DNA of 64,000 nt from Glycera tridactyla (lineage: Eukaryota). Positions 36,945 through 50,700 of this stretch are shown here, in pieces (position 1 is the stretch's first letter; each line of letters starts with the position of its first letter). A program made the position numbers and the translations under genes. The stretch is from assembly GCA_965644265.1 (NCBI GenBank), contig OZ286461.1, positions 66,898,001 to 66,962,000 of the forward strand. The letters are read 5' to 3'. The notes under the pieces were generated by a model. The model did no database searches, was not told the DNA's origin, and was given only the letters and a program-made list of their open reading frames with translations.

Positions 36945-37570
36945 TCAACCCCCCACCCCCCCCCCCCCTTCCACACACATACACCTGACCCCTCAACCCC
37001 ACACCCCCTACCCCACACACATGCACACTTCTCCATCCCCCGGCCACACCCTCTATCCCCACTACCCAGCCCCTACCCCCACCCCTACCCCAACCACCCC
37101 CACATCCCAAACCCCACCCCACCCCTCACACAGATGGAAACACACCCAAACTCCTCAACCATCTCCTCATCCCTCCCCCCCCCCCCCCCCAACCTCCACC
37201 TCACACACATACCCAAACTCCTCCGTCACCCTTCCCCGGCCACAACCCATACCCCCATCTCCCACCTCCTACACCCATCACCCACCAATCCCCCACCTCT
37301 ACACACACAATAACCCCATCCCCCATGCACACACACCAAAACCCCAAAACCCACCCGTCCCCATCCCCACCACCCACACATATGCACAGACACCCAAACT
37401 CATCCATCCCCCATTCCTGGCCCCACCTCCTACCCCACTCACCCACCCATGCACACACCCAAACTCCTTCAACCCCCCCCCCCCCCACCCAACCCATGAC
37501 CTACTACTACCCCCCCCCCAACACACACACACACACGTGCACACACACCAAAACTCCTCCCCCACCCAAT
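36945..37570. repeat. C/A-rich low-complexity tract
   Basis: C runs and (CA)n; produces spurious P/H/T- and G/V/W-rich ORFs. Confidence 0.85.
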
Positions 37571-38549
37571 AGACCTGGCTGTTTGTGTAGAGGTAGGGTG
37601 ATGGGGGATATATTCATATCTTGGTAGACAAAGTGGAGAGTAGAGAAACCAACACAGCCCTAATGAGGTATTACATAACCCAAGACAAGAACAACAGAAT
37701 TATTGTTAATGACCAGGAGAGCCTTCCCCAGCAATAAAAGGACAGATGGAGAAATGGTGTACATTCCCCTGTGGTCTTATGCAATACAGACAGAGTGAAT
37801 CAGTTCAGCTCTCTAAAAAAATTCCAAACTCACAAATAAAGAGTCTTCCTTTTCCCCAGAGATCATGAAAAAGAATGTGTCCACATTGTTGTCCAACTAT
37901 TGATGCATGTTTATACCAAATTTGAAGAATGTAGGTGCAATATTGACTGAGTGAGGCTTCAAAGAAAAACTTGTATGCAAAACTTTAACCTAAAACTTTA
38001 CGTTCTACGAAGTGATGACCGGACAGATGGACAGACGGACAGACAGACAGACACAACCAAACAGAAAGACCAACTGCATCATCACATAGACTTGCATTTT
38101 GCTTCACATGCGAGCCAATGAAAGCAGTATGTAGATTTTTAGAGACCAGCATATCTGCTGATCAAGGTGAGATGTGTTATACGCACTCGGACACGCTCAC
38201 TATCAATTACACAATGCCTGAAAATACTTTGGTCATATTTATTTACGATTTATTCATGCAACATACGATGCACATCTTCCAGGTCCATCTACAATTATAT
38301 TTGATCAATATCATATCGTATGATCAAAAGAAATACACAAAGGCGAGTGTGTGTGAGGAGTTCAAGGAAAAGATCATACATGCTTCTGTCTATTTTAGAA
38401 TCTTATACCTATATTGCATCTTCCAAATAGTATCCTATATTGACAAAGGTAATTTGGAGATATTCATCATGTAGCATTAACAAAATGATCTATTAATGTG
38501 TTAATCGCAATAGATGAAGAGTCACTTCACTATCCACTATAGAAGAAGA

Positions 38550-39230
38550 GTCACTTCACTGGTCCCAGATTTCGAGCTCACAGTGAGTTGTCCCTGTAAA
38601 GAAACAATTAAGTGTCTTGTTCAGATGTATCAGCTCATGTGCTGAGCGGCGGACAGCAAAAGGTAGGGGGTCAAGCTCGTTATGTAGTTCACAAGTACTG
38701 AATCTCCTTGGTCTTCTTGAAATAATAAGCATGCTGATAAATGAATCTCTTTGAGAGAGGCAGTTAAACACCACGTCGGCATAATCAAACAACGGCAGGA
38801 TCAGCGTATTGTATAACATTAAATCAGTTGATTTGCTGATAATAGGTCGTAGCCTACCCAAGTCGCCAATGCTGCCCGTTGTCTTCTTCTGAATATATGT
38901 GACATGGTGCTCAAAGGTAAGCTCGGGGTCTAAAATGACTCCAAGATATTTCATCCTGGAGACAGTTTCCAATTCATGTTCGACTGTGCCCACAGTAATA
39001 TCCTTAAAAACACCTAGATGGCAGTCCCTGGACCATAAACTTTGTCTTCAATAAATTTAGTGATAGATGGTTTGCGTTCATCCAAGATTTAACCTCCTCT
39101 AGTACTTTATCCAGGGTTGTCTTCATAGTCAGTGGACACGTACTAGTGACACCGAGGGCTGTATCATCAGCGTATAACATAGATGAAATAACCAGATCAG
39201 TGGAACCATTAGATATAGCAGGCATGGCGT
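38550..39230 (-). mobile_element. Degenerate CR1/L2-group LINE RT fragment
   Basis: MLYADDTAL, LSLNLLKTKFM, KYLGVILD, LILPLFDYADVV across frameshifted ORFs 39004..39225 and 38556..38993. Confidence 0.85.
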
Positions 39231-40461
39231 TCCTCAGGAAATATGGAAGGATGGACTCAATATCAATCGTCAGATCTATTCATTTAATCCCGTCAAGGCG
39301 ATAATCGCCGAAGAGATTACAGTTCATATGTTCAACAGGTTACCAAGATTNNNNNNNNNNNNNNNNNNNNNNNNNNNNNNNNNNNNNNNNNNNNNNNNNN
39401 NNNNNNNNNNNNNNNNNNNNNNNNNNNNNNNNNNNNNNNNNNNNNNNNNNNNNNNNNNNNNNNNNNNNNNNNNNNNNNNNNNNNNNNNNNNNNNNNNNNN
39501 NNNNNNNNNNNNNNNNNNNNNNNNNNNNNNNNNNNNGTGTTTGTGGGTGTTCATAAGTGTACGTTGGTGTGGGTGTGGGTGTGGGGTGCGTGTGCGCGCG
39601 CGTGTGTGTCTGCATTCATGTGTGTTTGTGCCTGTTCCTGCATATAGGCGTGTGTTTGTGTATGTATGTGCGTATTTATGCGCAAGTGTCCATGTGTGGG
39701 TATGCATTCCCTTGTGTACATGTGCATTGTTGTGTGCGTATGTTCATGTGTGTATGTGTGTTTGTNNNNNNNNNNNNNNNNNNNNNNNNNNNNNNNNNNN
39801 NNNNNNNNNNNNNNNNNNNNNNNNNNNNNNNNNNNNNNNNNNNNNNNNNNNNNNNNNNNNNNNNNNNNNNNNNNNNNNNNNNNNNNNNNNNNNNNNNNNN
39901 NNNNNNNNNNNNNNNNNNNNNNNNNNNNNNNNNNNNNNNNNNNNNNNNNNNNNNNTTATTGAGGCTGAGTGGTTGGTATGATTGATATGTTCTTACGGGA
40001 AAGAGAAGGCACAGATAGACAGACAGATCAGCGGACAAACAAACAGACAGGCAGAAAGACAAGCAGACAGAAAGACAAGCAGACAGACAGACGCATAGAC
40101 AGACAGACAGGTGGTGTTCTGATGTAATTGTCACGATGTATTGTAATACTGTGATGTACACCGTGTCTGAGTGCCGGCTCGCACAATTCCGACAGAAGTA
40201 TTTTTTCAGAAAGCCCCAATCAAGCCCTGGAAATGGCGAATACGAAACGTATCCATGCTGTTATTGTTGTTTTATTTTTCACATGATGTGACTGACGATA
40301 ATTACTCTCTCAGTTGCAATCACTCATCTCTCCCTGCCACTTGGATGCGGCTTTTCAAGAATTAATAAATAATGATCCCCATCCATTCAATGGTCACGCT
40401 TGACTGCACGCCAGGACGCATTGAGAAAGATGCAATGGAGATCCGATTGAAAGAACCTCAC

Positions 40462-41149
40462 TAATGCTGCCTTTACACTAAGGCGGTCGGGAGCCGAATT
40501 CGTGACGAATACCTCCACATTGATCTGCGGCAGATTGGAGACAGACTCTCGAGTAAAATCGGCTCAGTGTAAGAGCAAAACAATAGACACGGTTTGGGGA
40601 AGGAAAACCTCCATATCTCACACTGGTCTATCACAACAACCCCCACCACCATCCCCGCCACCACCACCACTCCTATTCTGTATGAAAACCGTGTCAGTCT
40701 GCCTCTCAGCCTTCCGCAATATGCGGCAGTCTGTGTCATATACTTGTGCCATATGCGCCATTCTGCTTCATTCTCTGTCAGACCGTGACAAATCCGTGTC
40801 CAATCTGTCTTATTCTGCGTCATTCTGCGTCATTACGTGTCTAGTCTTGCTCCAAACCTTGTGAAAACTATGACCAGACTGCCGCAGATTTATCGCAGAA
40901 AGAGACAGATGGCAGCCGGTCTAACACAGATTCGTCGCAGATGGGAGACAGAAGACTTTTCCGTATCCCAGATTTTAAGACCTTCTAAAATCTGGCAGCC
41001 GATGAAATGGACACCCACGGTCTGACAAAGACTGACGCATACTGACACAGTCTGACGCAGATGGGAGACGAAATTACCGCCGGTCTAAGGCGGAATGCTA
41101 ATCGGGCGCCGACCGTGTGTCAAATCGCGTTAGTGTAAAGGCACCATTA
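40462..41149. mobile_element. MITE with 20-bp TIR, PIF/Harbinger-like; partial second copy at about 53800-54120
   Basis: taatgctgcctttacactaa (40462-40481) versus ttagtgtaaaggcaccatta (41130-41149), 1 mismatch; TWA-type ends; exact TSD not resolved. Confidence 0.6.
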
Positions 41150-44100
41150 AGTAAGTCAAGTCCAATCGTGACGGGTACGTTTTTCACCCAGGCATCGCGA
41201 ATTTGCATCAGACTGGAATGAGTCTCTCTCCAAAACTTCCTCTACATCTCCGGCGACTGGAACCGTGGTCTAGAGCAAGTTTATTTGGGTATTTGGCATG
41301 CCAGATATAGATAGGAGCAAACGAGCGTGGAGGATGGTCGAACAGATTGCACGAGTTTGCGGGCGTAGAAATACGACACGAGCCACGAAGTGGCGAGTGT
41401 CGTGTGTACTACGAACGCAAACGAGTGCAATCTGTTCAGATCATCCTCCACGCGAGTTTTGCTCCTATATTTATCACATGTTGACAACCGATGAGAAATG
41501 AGAATAAATATGAATATTAGACGTGATATTCACTGTGTTCAGTGTGAGAAATTGAAGGAATCTCGAGTTTTCATTGATTTTTGTGAGAGGCCTGTCTATC
41601 CCTATTCATCCAGTCGGCAGCTGAGTGCTGAGTGCCACTTTGGTCAGCAGTGCGTGAGGTTGACCTGGTAGTGGTTCCACTTGCTCTCACTACGTGGCAG
41701 AATTTCACCCACACTCAGCCTATTTATATCACCAAACACTTCCTTCCCGCTCCTAGCAAGTATGCTACTTTTGACTGAAATGAAATTGATATCATAAATC
41801 AAGATAGATCCTCATCTTTTTGATGGATATAGTTTTAGTTTGATCTAATCTATTTCAACTGGTAAAATGTAAATCATAGCAAATGAAGTGTCATGGAGGG
41901 TAGCCTAGTAGGGATGCATCATGCGAACTACATGACGAATGTTGCCTCGAATTCCACTAAATTTAGCACTGGAGTCAAGCGCAAATAGTCCCGGTAACTA
42001 GAGTGGAGGACGGCCTCCAGAATGGAGGACGCTTCGACAGATTCCACTGCCCGCAAGAAGCCGTCCTCAACTCTAGACGGGTGGAGGACAGCTCTTATCA
42101 TGTGATAAATGTTGATTTCACACTGGTGTCAGAGCAAGTGTGGTGACCGTATCTCCACTGTTTCAAATACAAAGATTCTCTGTGAAATTGCAATAAAATG
42201 ATGGCGCATCCACTCCGAAAGCATACAGGCTTCCTGACTCCAGGTTCGATGATCGCCGAAAGTTCCGTACGAAAGGTTTTTGTCTTTAACACTCATATTG
42301 GGTGAGAAATAGGGACGTAAGCGTGTGAAACGTACCTGCACGTTTGGATTTGACAGAGTGTACCAAAAGTATAATGGAGTCTCTTGATATTGTCTGCGTC
42401 TAGAAATGCAATCACAGGGAAATTGACTCGTATATTTGACCTCAGCATATATTCGACCTCAGCGTATATTTGACCTCGGCGCGCCCAATAATGTCGATTA
42501 CATGTAAAGTCTGTCTGAAACGGACAAGAAATGGCGATGTCGGCGTATGATACATACCCGCCACATCTGGATTTGACAGAGTATTATAGCAAGACTATAT
42601 GGCTGTGAAGTAAAAACGCAATACGGAACAAGGTGTGAATTTCACCGGATGTCAAGAGACTGAAGGCCGAGTGACATCTGAAGAAATTCACACCGAGTTC
42701 GGTATTGCGTTTTTACCTCACGGTCTTATAGTCTTGCTTTTATCATATGGATTAGGGGAGAAATCATTAAAAAAAATTCTCACTCAGCTCTGAAGTATCA
42801 CACGCAATACTCAACACCTGATACTTCACTGAAAATGGCACATCCATGTGATAAAGTTCCTATAGTGGGGACCGTGGTCATAGTCTTTCCGGTTCATGCA
42901 GGAAACTGTCTGTATATTGTATATTGTTTTGTATATTCAGGGGAGGGAGATGTGCCACAGGAACACCCTCTCACAAAAAATATCATGAAGCCTCACAGCG
43001 CTGATGATGGCAGTTTTGCCGAATAAATGAGGTAAAATCAGAGCAAATCCTGTTGAAAATCATGTAGAATGTTTTAAATCGGTTTCGTTGATCATGTCGA
43101 GATCTATTCAATTTAGTGATACCGGTAAAACTCTGATTGAACGACAGAGGGCAAGGTTCAAGATTGAAACTATACCCATCGCATTTTTATGGGAAGCACC
43201 AGCTTCTCATATTAGGATCGTGGCGGTGCTGGGATCGACAAACGGCCGGGTTTTTTCTGGACTAGAAAGAGTCCTGTCGAATTGAGGGGAAATGTGAGCA
43301 TTTTGAATCCCGTGTAGGTTATGCTCTTATAGATAAACTAGGCATATATGCCGAAAAAAGGATGCCTGGTAACACACATCTCCTCTGCTGGTGATTTTGA
43401 GAGAAATTAATTCGAATTTCCCGCCATTCAAGTGGGTGCTACATTCATCTAGTCCACCTGCTGCTCACTGTGTCAAAATGGCTGGCATAGGGATATCTTA
43501 CTCTCAAAACCCAATCATTAAACATGTGAATTTCACTTATGAATCACTAAATCATACAATCAAATGATTTAATGCCTCCCAAGATTAAAAAGCCTCAACG
43601 TATACCCATAATACGCAATTGAACTTCAGTTTGAAATGAGATAAAGTAAAACAAGGTAAAAGGTAGAGAGTATTCATATCATTAGCAGTATCAAACCTGA
43701 TAGAGAGTCAACATCGATCATGAACTGGCAGGAAATTCCTAGAATCAGGAACCATTTTCATGAAAAGTAGACTCATAAAGAGCTTTCCAAGTGATCCATA
43801 CAAAGCAGCCATGCCTTGACAACACCCATGGCAAGTTACATGGGAATCAGAGCAGTTCATCACCATCTATTGGCATGCCAAAAAAACTGTTAAAATTTGT
43901 GCCATTTTTTGTCATCTAAACTGCAGTCCCAAGTGGCAGTGGTAAGGAGAAAGATGCCTGCAAGGCAGGTACCCTTAAAAATATATTGGTTGATTCAAGG
44001 TAACGAAATTGGATGTGATTTTGCCAAGATGCAATGATACGGAAAAAAATGTGAACATTTTTCACTTTTGTGGGACTCCATAACCTGATATGGAAAAGTG

Positions 44101-45945
44101 AGAGTCCCTGAAACTCTCGACCTACTGACACCATTTATCTATACTGCTGAGACAGGCTACCAAATCTTGAGTTGGCACTCATGTTGATTGTTTATCGTCC
44201 ATACAACCAGTAGCTGGTATCGCATTTTCATTTGAAATGATGATAGAGAAGAAATATGAGATCATAACATGGGATTTAGAGGATTTCGTTTGCACTCTTA
44301 CCCTCTGTTTACTACCTCTATAGCGCCGTGAATAGCCAGGTACTTCACATTTGTGAGCTATCGGATTGAGACTTGAAACATGTCAGCCTCCAGCCAGGAC
44401 CATAGTCAGGTATGTGATTGATATGTTTAATATGTTTATTTTGAGTAGTTAGAGGTGTGTCCGAACTGTCAGCTACTTCCACAAGCTTTCAGGTTCTCCA
44501 CCATCTTGCGACCAGGGTTTGTGAAAGTTATGACTGCAGGGGGCGGAACATACCGCTTCCATTGTCCAGGAACGCACAGCATACATAATCGTCTGGGTTG
44601 ATACATGCTGATGACCATCAATCAATCAATCGATCAATCCCTTCAATGGCTCAGAGGCGGTCCGATTTTGTGGTGTTATCGGGGGAAGGTGTAGTCTTTC
44701 GCCGGGGTTTGCCAAGGAAAAACCGCAGCAAAGACAAGCTGTGGCAATCTCGCTGCATACCAAAGGATAATTGGCTCCGGAATGACGTCGGTTCAACGAT
44801 CCATACTTTTAGTACACTTCTGTCCGTCTACAAAGACCATTCTTGGTCGCATAAAATATCGTTTTTGTAAATATGTTGCCACAAGAGAGGTGATCCACCA
44901 TGAGAAAAATATCAGAGTCGTCTCTTGGCGTGGTCTTTGTAAGTAGGTGGTCGTTGTGTGTAGATGGTTTCTCGGGCAGATAAAATAATAATTCTAGAGT
45001 CGTGTGAACCTGATAAAACAAGATCGCATATCACTGTATATATTTGTAGCCAAGTTTATCAATAGACTACAACCCTGATGATGTGGAAAGTCGTCGGTGT
45101 AGAAAGGTGGCGTTGGTAGAGAGGTTGTTTACTGTTTTACATATACATTGTACTAGCGGTTGCGGCTCTGAGTGGTCTTTGTAAGCAGGTAGCCGTTTTC
45201 AAGAATAAAATAGGTAAGATCTGCAACCCATGGGAACTAGGCACAGTGACCTAATATATGAGCACTCAAGGACGGATATATGGATTCTGACACCTTCCTT
45301 CGTCCCAATTTATACCCACTGAACTAAGAAATGTGTATCAAGACAACCAGACCCACTCCCAGGTCGAAATTGATACTACTCATCAAATGACAGTCTTTTC
45401 CCCTCCCAATACCCTTGCTCGAATGGTTTTCAAATACAAAACTAAAATTTTCATGCAAACATCGAAAGAGTGAAGTGCGCCCGTTTATTTGTTTGGGATA
45501 TGAATGAAGAATAACTGATAAGAATGAAGATGCATGCGTGAATGAATGTTTATTTTTCAGGATATGAATGTGAGTGTGATTGATTCCTGTTTGGACCATC
45601 AACTGACCCTATATTTAAACCTGCGTGCAGAAAAAGACAAATCCATCATCAACACTACTCGTGTATGCTGGATAAAGCCCGACGGGGCTAAATGCATATT
45701 TTGATCTGTATATATTGTACATATGTTACGTTCATACGAGTATAAATAAAGATTATTGTATTGTATTGTATTGTATAGCCTTTGTGCAACGGTCCTCTCA
45801 CTAGCAGGCTGTTCACGGCATGATATACATTTGCTGTTGCTGCTCTGAGTGGTCTTTGTAGGCAAGTGGCCTTCGTACAGAGGTGGCCACTCAAGCAGGC
45901 CACATTATATTAGAGGCGTGAGAACCTATTAAAGTAATACTAGTA

Positions 45946-46123
45946 TAGTCGAACCTTTCTATAAAGACCGCCTTCGGTTGCATCAAAAAGTGGTCTTTAT
46001 AGACAGGTGGTCGCTATAGAGAGGTCATCTACTGTTAGAAGTACTATCACGGTCGAAGCTCAGGTTGGTCTTTATAGGCAGGTGGTCTATATAGAGAGGT
46101 GGTCTTTAGAGCAGGTTCAACTG
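45946..46123. mobile_element. MITE family 1 copy
   Basis: TAGTCGAACCT ... AGGTTCAACTG. Confidence 0.7.
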
Positions 46124-46955
46124 CATTTGTAATTGTGTATAAGTTTTACTGTTGCAATGCAGAATGCTCTTTGTAATAGAGTGGGTCTTGTTGAGAGCTT
46201 GTCGGTTTCCCAGTGTCATCGTTGACTGTATAACATACAATTACGGCTCAAGGTGGGCTTTGTATAAATGCGGTCTCTAAATCAGGTCCCATGTTAAAAG
46301 TCGTGGGAAACCCTGAAAGAAACAAGATTTTGTGTCACTCTATCTACATTTACAGACGAACCTTTCTACAAAAACCTCCCTTCGTCACAGTGAAAAGTGT
46401 TTTAGACAGGTTGTTCAGTGTATATCACACAATAGCAGTTGCAGCCCGGAGTGGTCTTTGGAAGCAGGTCAGCTTATACCGAGGTGGTGTCTCGGGCACG
46501 TTGTTCACTGTATATAACCTATGATAGCAGTTGTGATTCAGGGTTATACCTGTAGGCACGTGTATGATATATTCTCCGAGCTAGTTTCTCAACCAGGTAG
46601 CATATGGCATTAGTGAAGTCTTAAGGACCTTTTAAAGAAACAAGACTTTGTGTCAATGCATCTACACTTACAGAGCGTGCTGTCTACAAAGACCGCCCCT
46701 GGTCACAACGAAAGGTGAATTTTGAAGACAGATTTTCTTTGTAAAGCGATTGTTCACTGTTGTAGATGCTACAGTCGAAGCTGTCTATAACGGCCATCTC
46801 CGGTCGCATCAAAAAGTGGCCTTTAGAGGTAGGTGATCTTTGTTGAGAGGTGGACCCTCGGGCAGGTTCGAATTGATCACGGATTAAGCGCAGGTTGGTC
46901 TCTGTAGCCAGGAGGTCTTTGTGTGAGAGTGGTCTCTCAAAGAGATTCAAATATG

Positions 46956-47089
46956 CAGTCGAACCTCTCTATAAAACCGCCTTCGGTCACATCAGAAGGT
47001 GGAGAGCTCAGTTACTGTCGGAAACACTACCACGGCCGCAGCTCAGGGTGGCCTTTATAGAGAGATGGTCTTTATAGGAGGTTCAACTA
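46956..47089. mobile_element. MITE family 1 copy abutting the exon donor
   Basis: CAGTCGAACCT ... AGGTTCAACTA, ending about 6 bp from the gt at 47095-47096. Confidence 0.65.
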
Positions 47090-47096
47090 TACTTAC

Positions 47097-47771
47097 CTTC
47101 AGGTTCGAGGTCCGTGTCGTATTCTTCCTCCGAGGATGAATCATCTTCTTCGTCTCCTCCTTTACCTCCTAATTTCCTCTGTTCTTCCTCTATATCCACC
47201 TCTTCACGAATAAACTCGCTTCGGGCCCGAACTAGCGTCGGTGCCCTTTGTAAAAGAAGTGTCGATGCCCTTTGAAGCAATAGACCTGTTCCCGAACTCT
47301 TTCCGTGCGCTTCCCGCGTTGAATGGTCTTTCCTCCGTGTTTTACCGGTGATATCGTTAAATTTCTCCTCGGTTTCCACTCTCGTGGATCGAGTTGCTGT
47401 TTTCTGAGGGGCGTGTTGTGATTTGCTATAGTTTGTTGTTTGGTCTTGTTTTGATTTTGTGGCTTTATTTGTGGATGCAAGACTGCTTGGAGGGCGGACT
47501 TTCGACGGGAATTTTCTGTTAGATTCGGATGTGAATCCAGTGAGATCTCTCTCCATACCGACCCCTTCGTCCTCCTCCTCCTCTCCCCCCATCCCTCCTG
47601 CGCCATATTTAGATCCATTCAAATGCGTTACAAGGTGGGTGCCGACGCTGGAGTATTTATTTTTGCCATCGTTGACCCGGCCACGGTCTTGATTTCGTCT
47701 CAAATCGCCCATTCCATCCAACCAGACAGGCCTTTCTAAATTGGCCTGTCTTCGTGGACTCAACAATCCAT
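47097..47771 (-). CDS. LRRC74: Probable N-terminal exon of the LRRC74-like gene (charged, low complexity, ends EEEYDTDLEPE-G)
   Basis: ORF 47083..47766; donor GAAG|gtaagt at 47096, phase 1, joins in frame to 24988 across a 22.1-kb intron; xDTDLE motif precedes the LRRC74 core. 5' end uncertain: acceptor gaacag| at 47772 or ATG at 47712. Confidence 0.7.
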
Positions 47772-50700
47772 CTGTTCAAAATTCCATTCCAGAAAGTAGA
47801 ATTAGTCCAATATGAAAATTCTCTATCTCAAAGATGCTCATGCAGCCATATAAAAAACCCCGATTCACCATTCAACAATGGCAAATGAATCCACGATTGA
47901 GCTATAAAAACGACGACATTTCAAAGGTACAACTGACGGATACCGATAGTATTTGACAAACATCTTCATAACCAGATCCTAGGATAAGTGACCAAGTTAA
48001 TTCTCCGCAAAATTCTCAATTCAATCATTTTGTAAACCTGTCGGTGTTTTTCAGTATAATCCTAGATTGAAATGAAGATGATATCAGAACCGGTTCAATG
48101 TCCGGCAACCGGGCGACCGGTTTAGAAGCGGAGCCGGCAAGCATTGGCGTGGTGCGGGTGCGGTACCAAACGTAATTTCCATTATATCCGAGGTACCATT
48201 CTGCCATGTTAGTCCATCTTGCTCACGTGTTAACGTCTTGCCGGCTCAGAAGCCAAGTGCGAGTTCCCGCTGATGTGTTGTGAGCTGAGCTGCCTTGTCG
48301 TTTTCACTCTCCCGCTGCGCTAGGGACCATTTCATCAAGACGTAAAACCCCTCAAAATTACAAAAATGCTCTCATTCCCATGATTTTATTTGATTATGAT
48401 GATTCTTGAGTGTCAGCACAATTTGAGTGCATTCTCACTCTTAGTAAAATCAGCCCCTACATTTGTAACACATCGCGGCCTGGATGCGCTTTACACGGGT
48501 GACGAAGTTATTTGACCCTTTCATCGCCAACTTGCCTGAAATTTGTCAAATTCCAAATGTCATGGATACGTTTCGCATGTTCAACTCGATTTCGCTTGAT
48601 TCACAGCGAAACCATTGATATTATTATATGACATGCTCCGCATGTCATATAATAAATGCATAAAGCCATGTAATAAATGAGTCACAAATAAAGAATCGTT
48701 TATTACCCTAGGTGGGTAATACAGGTGTGTATACACCACTCGCCTCGAGCAGCGAGCCGGAACTACTCTCACTCACAAGAAGTAGTCCCTCTCCCGAGTC
48801 AGTTTTTGACAGCGAATACGATCATTTTTCATTTCTACCATATTTGGAAGGTGTTTCTTGTCAAAGTAAGTCATATAATAAAGACAGAACTAAACTCGCG
48901 TCCGATCTCGAATCGTCAATACCATTCGTGGCGGAGGTGGAGGAATATCACTCGTGCTACGCACTCGTGATATTCCTCCTCCTCCGCCACTCATGGTATA
49001 AACGATTCGAGATCGGACGCTCGTTCTATTCTGTCTATTTATCGGCTATACTACATTCGCGTGTGAATGATACGGCTACTGGACTCATATCAGATCCAAA
49101 TGTGGCGGGCACGTTTCGCCGCAAAATTCGTCAATTTTCATCTGATTTAACTTTCAATGGCACGAATGGATTGTATAGGTCTTTCGGCGATTATCGAACC
49201 TAGCCACGAGTATTCTGTATGCTTTTGGAGAAGAGACGCCATCATATTATTGCATTTACACGGCGAATCCGCCGGCATTATCGGTTGTTCTTCCCCCATG
49301 TGAAGCAATGTAGACACGACCGCTGCACGTGCAGTGAAACCAGCGTAATATCGACAGATTTGGTGCGCTAGTCTGCAATATACAGCTGAACTTTACAGTG
49401 ATCACATTTCTAGTCGCCGGAGAATTTAACAAAATCTGTCAGTGAGTCTCGTTTCAATCTGACGCGAATTCGTATCCGGCACGATTGAACTTGACATACT
49501 TTACCGCCGCCCCGCTTCAAATGTTTGAAATCGACATGTCTGTGCTGGGCTGATATATACAAGTGGACATCAAAGTGATCGCATTTCTGGTCGTATTGAA
49601 ATCGATCACTCATTGGGGCTATTCGATAGGTCGGTTTCACGAAGATAAGAAGACCAGTGATTGGCTGGATCCATATCGTACCGACCAATCACGATCCTTC
49701 GCATCCTCATAGAACCAACCACTTCAACTATCGAATCAACCAATCACAATTCTTCATGGAACCAATCGAACCATATCAAACCAACCAATCACGATCCTTT
49801 GAATCTTCATGAAACCAATCACTTCAACCATCCAACCAACCAATCACAATTCTTCATATTTCCGGGGAATCGACCACTCAAATGGCCGCCCTACGATGTT
49901 CGTCGGCTAGAAACGTGATCACAATTAAGTTCACTTGTACATTACATCCAGCCTGCCAGATATGTCAAGATCATGCTGTCTTCAGTGAGTGGGTGGCGGC
50001 GGTATCCCTTTGATATCGAGTACAGATAGTGAGGGCTGATCAACTCTGTCAGCTCCAGATGTGGCGGGTACGTTTCACGCGCTAAATTCGCCAATCTTTG
50101 TCTGATTTGACTTCAAATGGCACGGACGGATTGTATAAGTCTTCCGGCGATTATCGAACCTGGTTCCGTGTTATGTGTAGCCTGTGTGATTTTGAAGACG
50201 ATTACGCCATCATTTCATTCCACATTATCGGCGTTTATTTGTATGCGAGTATTTGTATGCGAAACAGTGGAGACACGGCCGTTGCACTCGCCGTGGAACC
50301 AGCGTGAATTCAACATATTTGGCGTTCTAAGGTGAAATAATCAAGTGAACCTCGGCGTGATCACATTTATGGTCATTTACGTCTGGCTGAATAAAGTCTG
50401 TCAAGTCCAATCGTGGCGGGTACGTTTTCCGCCCCAGCATCGGGAATTCGCTACAGTTTGAAATCAGACTCACTGAAGACTTTGTTGACATCTCCGGTGA
50501 CTAGAAATACCATCACGATGAAGTTCCCTTGTAGCTTTCATCCCACGCGACAAATATGTCGATTTCGCGTTGATTTTACGGCGAGTGCGGCGGCCGTCTC
50601 TACATTGCATCACGTGCAAATACTCGCCGATAATGCCGGCGGATTATTGCAATGAAATGATGGCGTATCTTCTTCAAAAAAACATGCAGACGACCTGAAA

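Noticed and set aside
36839-37627. Pro/His/Thr-rich extensin-like ORFs
   Set aside because: All six frames are open because of C/A low complexity; no signal peptide or splice support
39324-40219. Long ORFs spanning N-runs (also 28.6-30.4, 54.7-55.1, 56.4-56.9 and 60.8-61.5 kb)
   Set aside because: Artefacts of assembly gaps and flanking microsatellites
48025-48207. MAEWYLGY... as first coding exon of the LRRC74-like gene
   Set aside because: Candidate donors are phase 0 or 2, not the phase 1 needed for the 47771 acceptor
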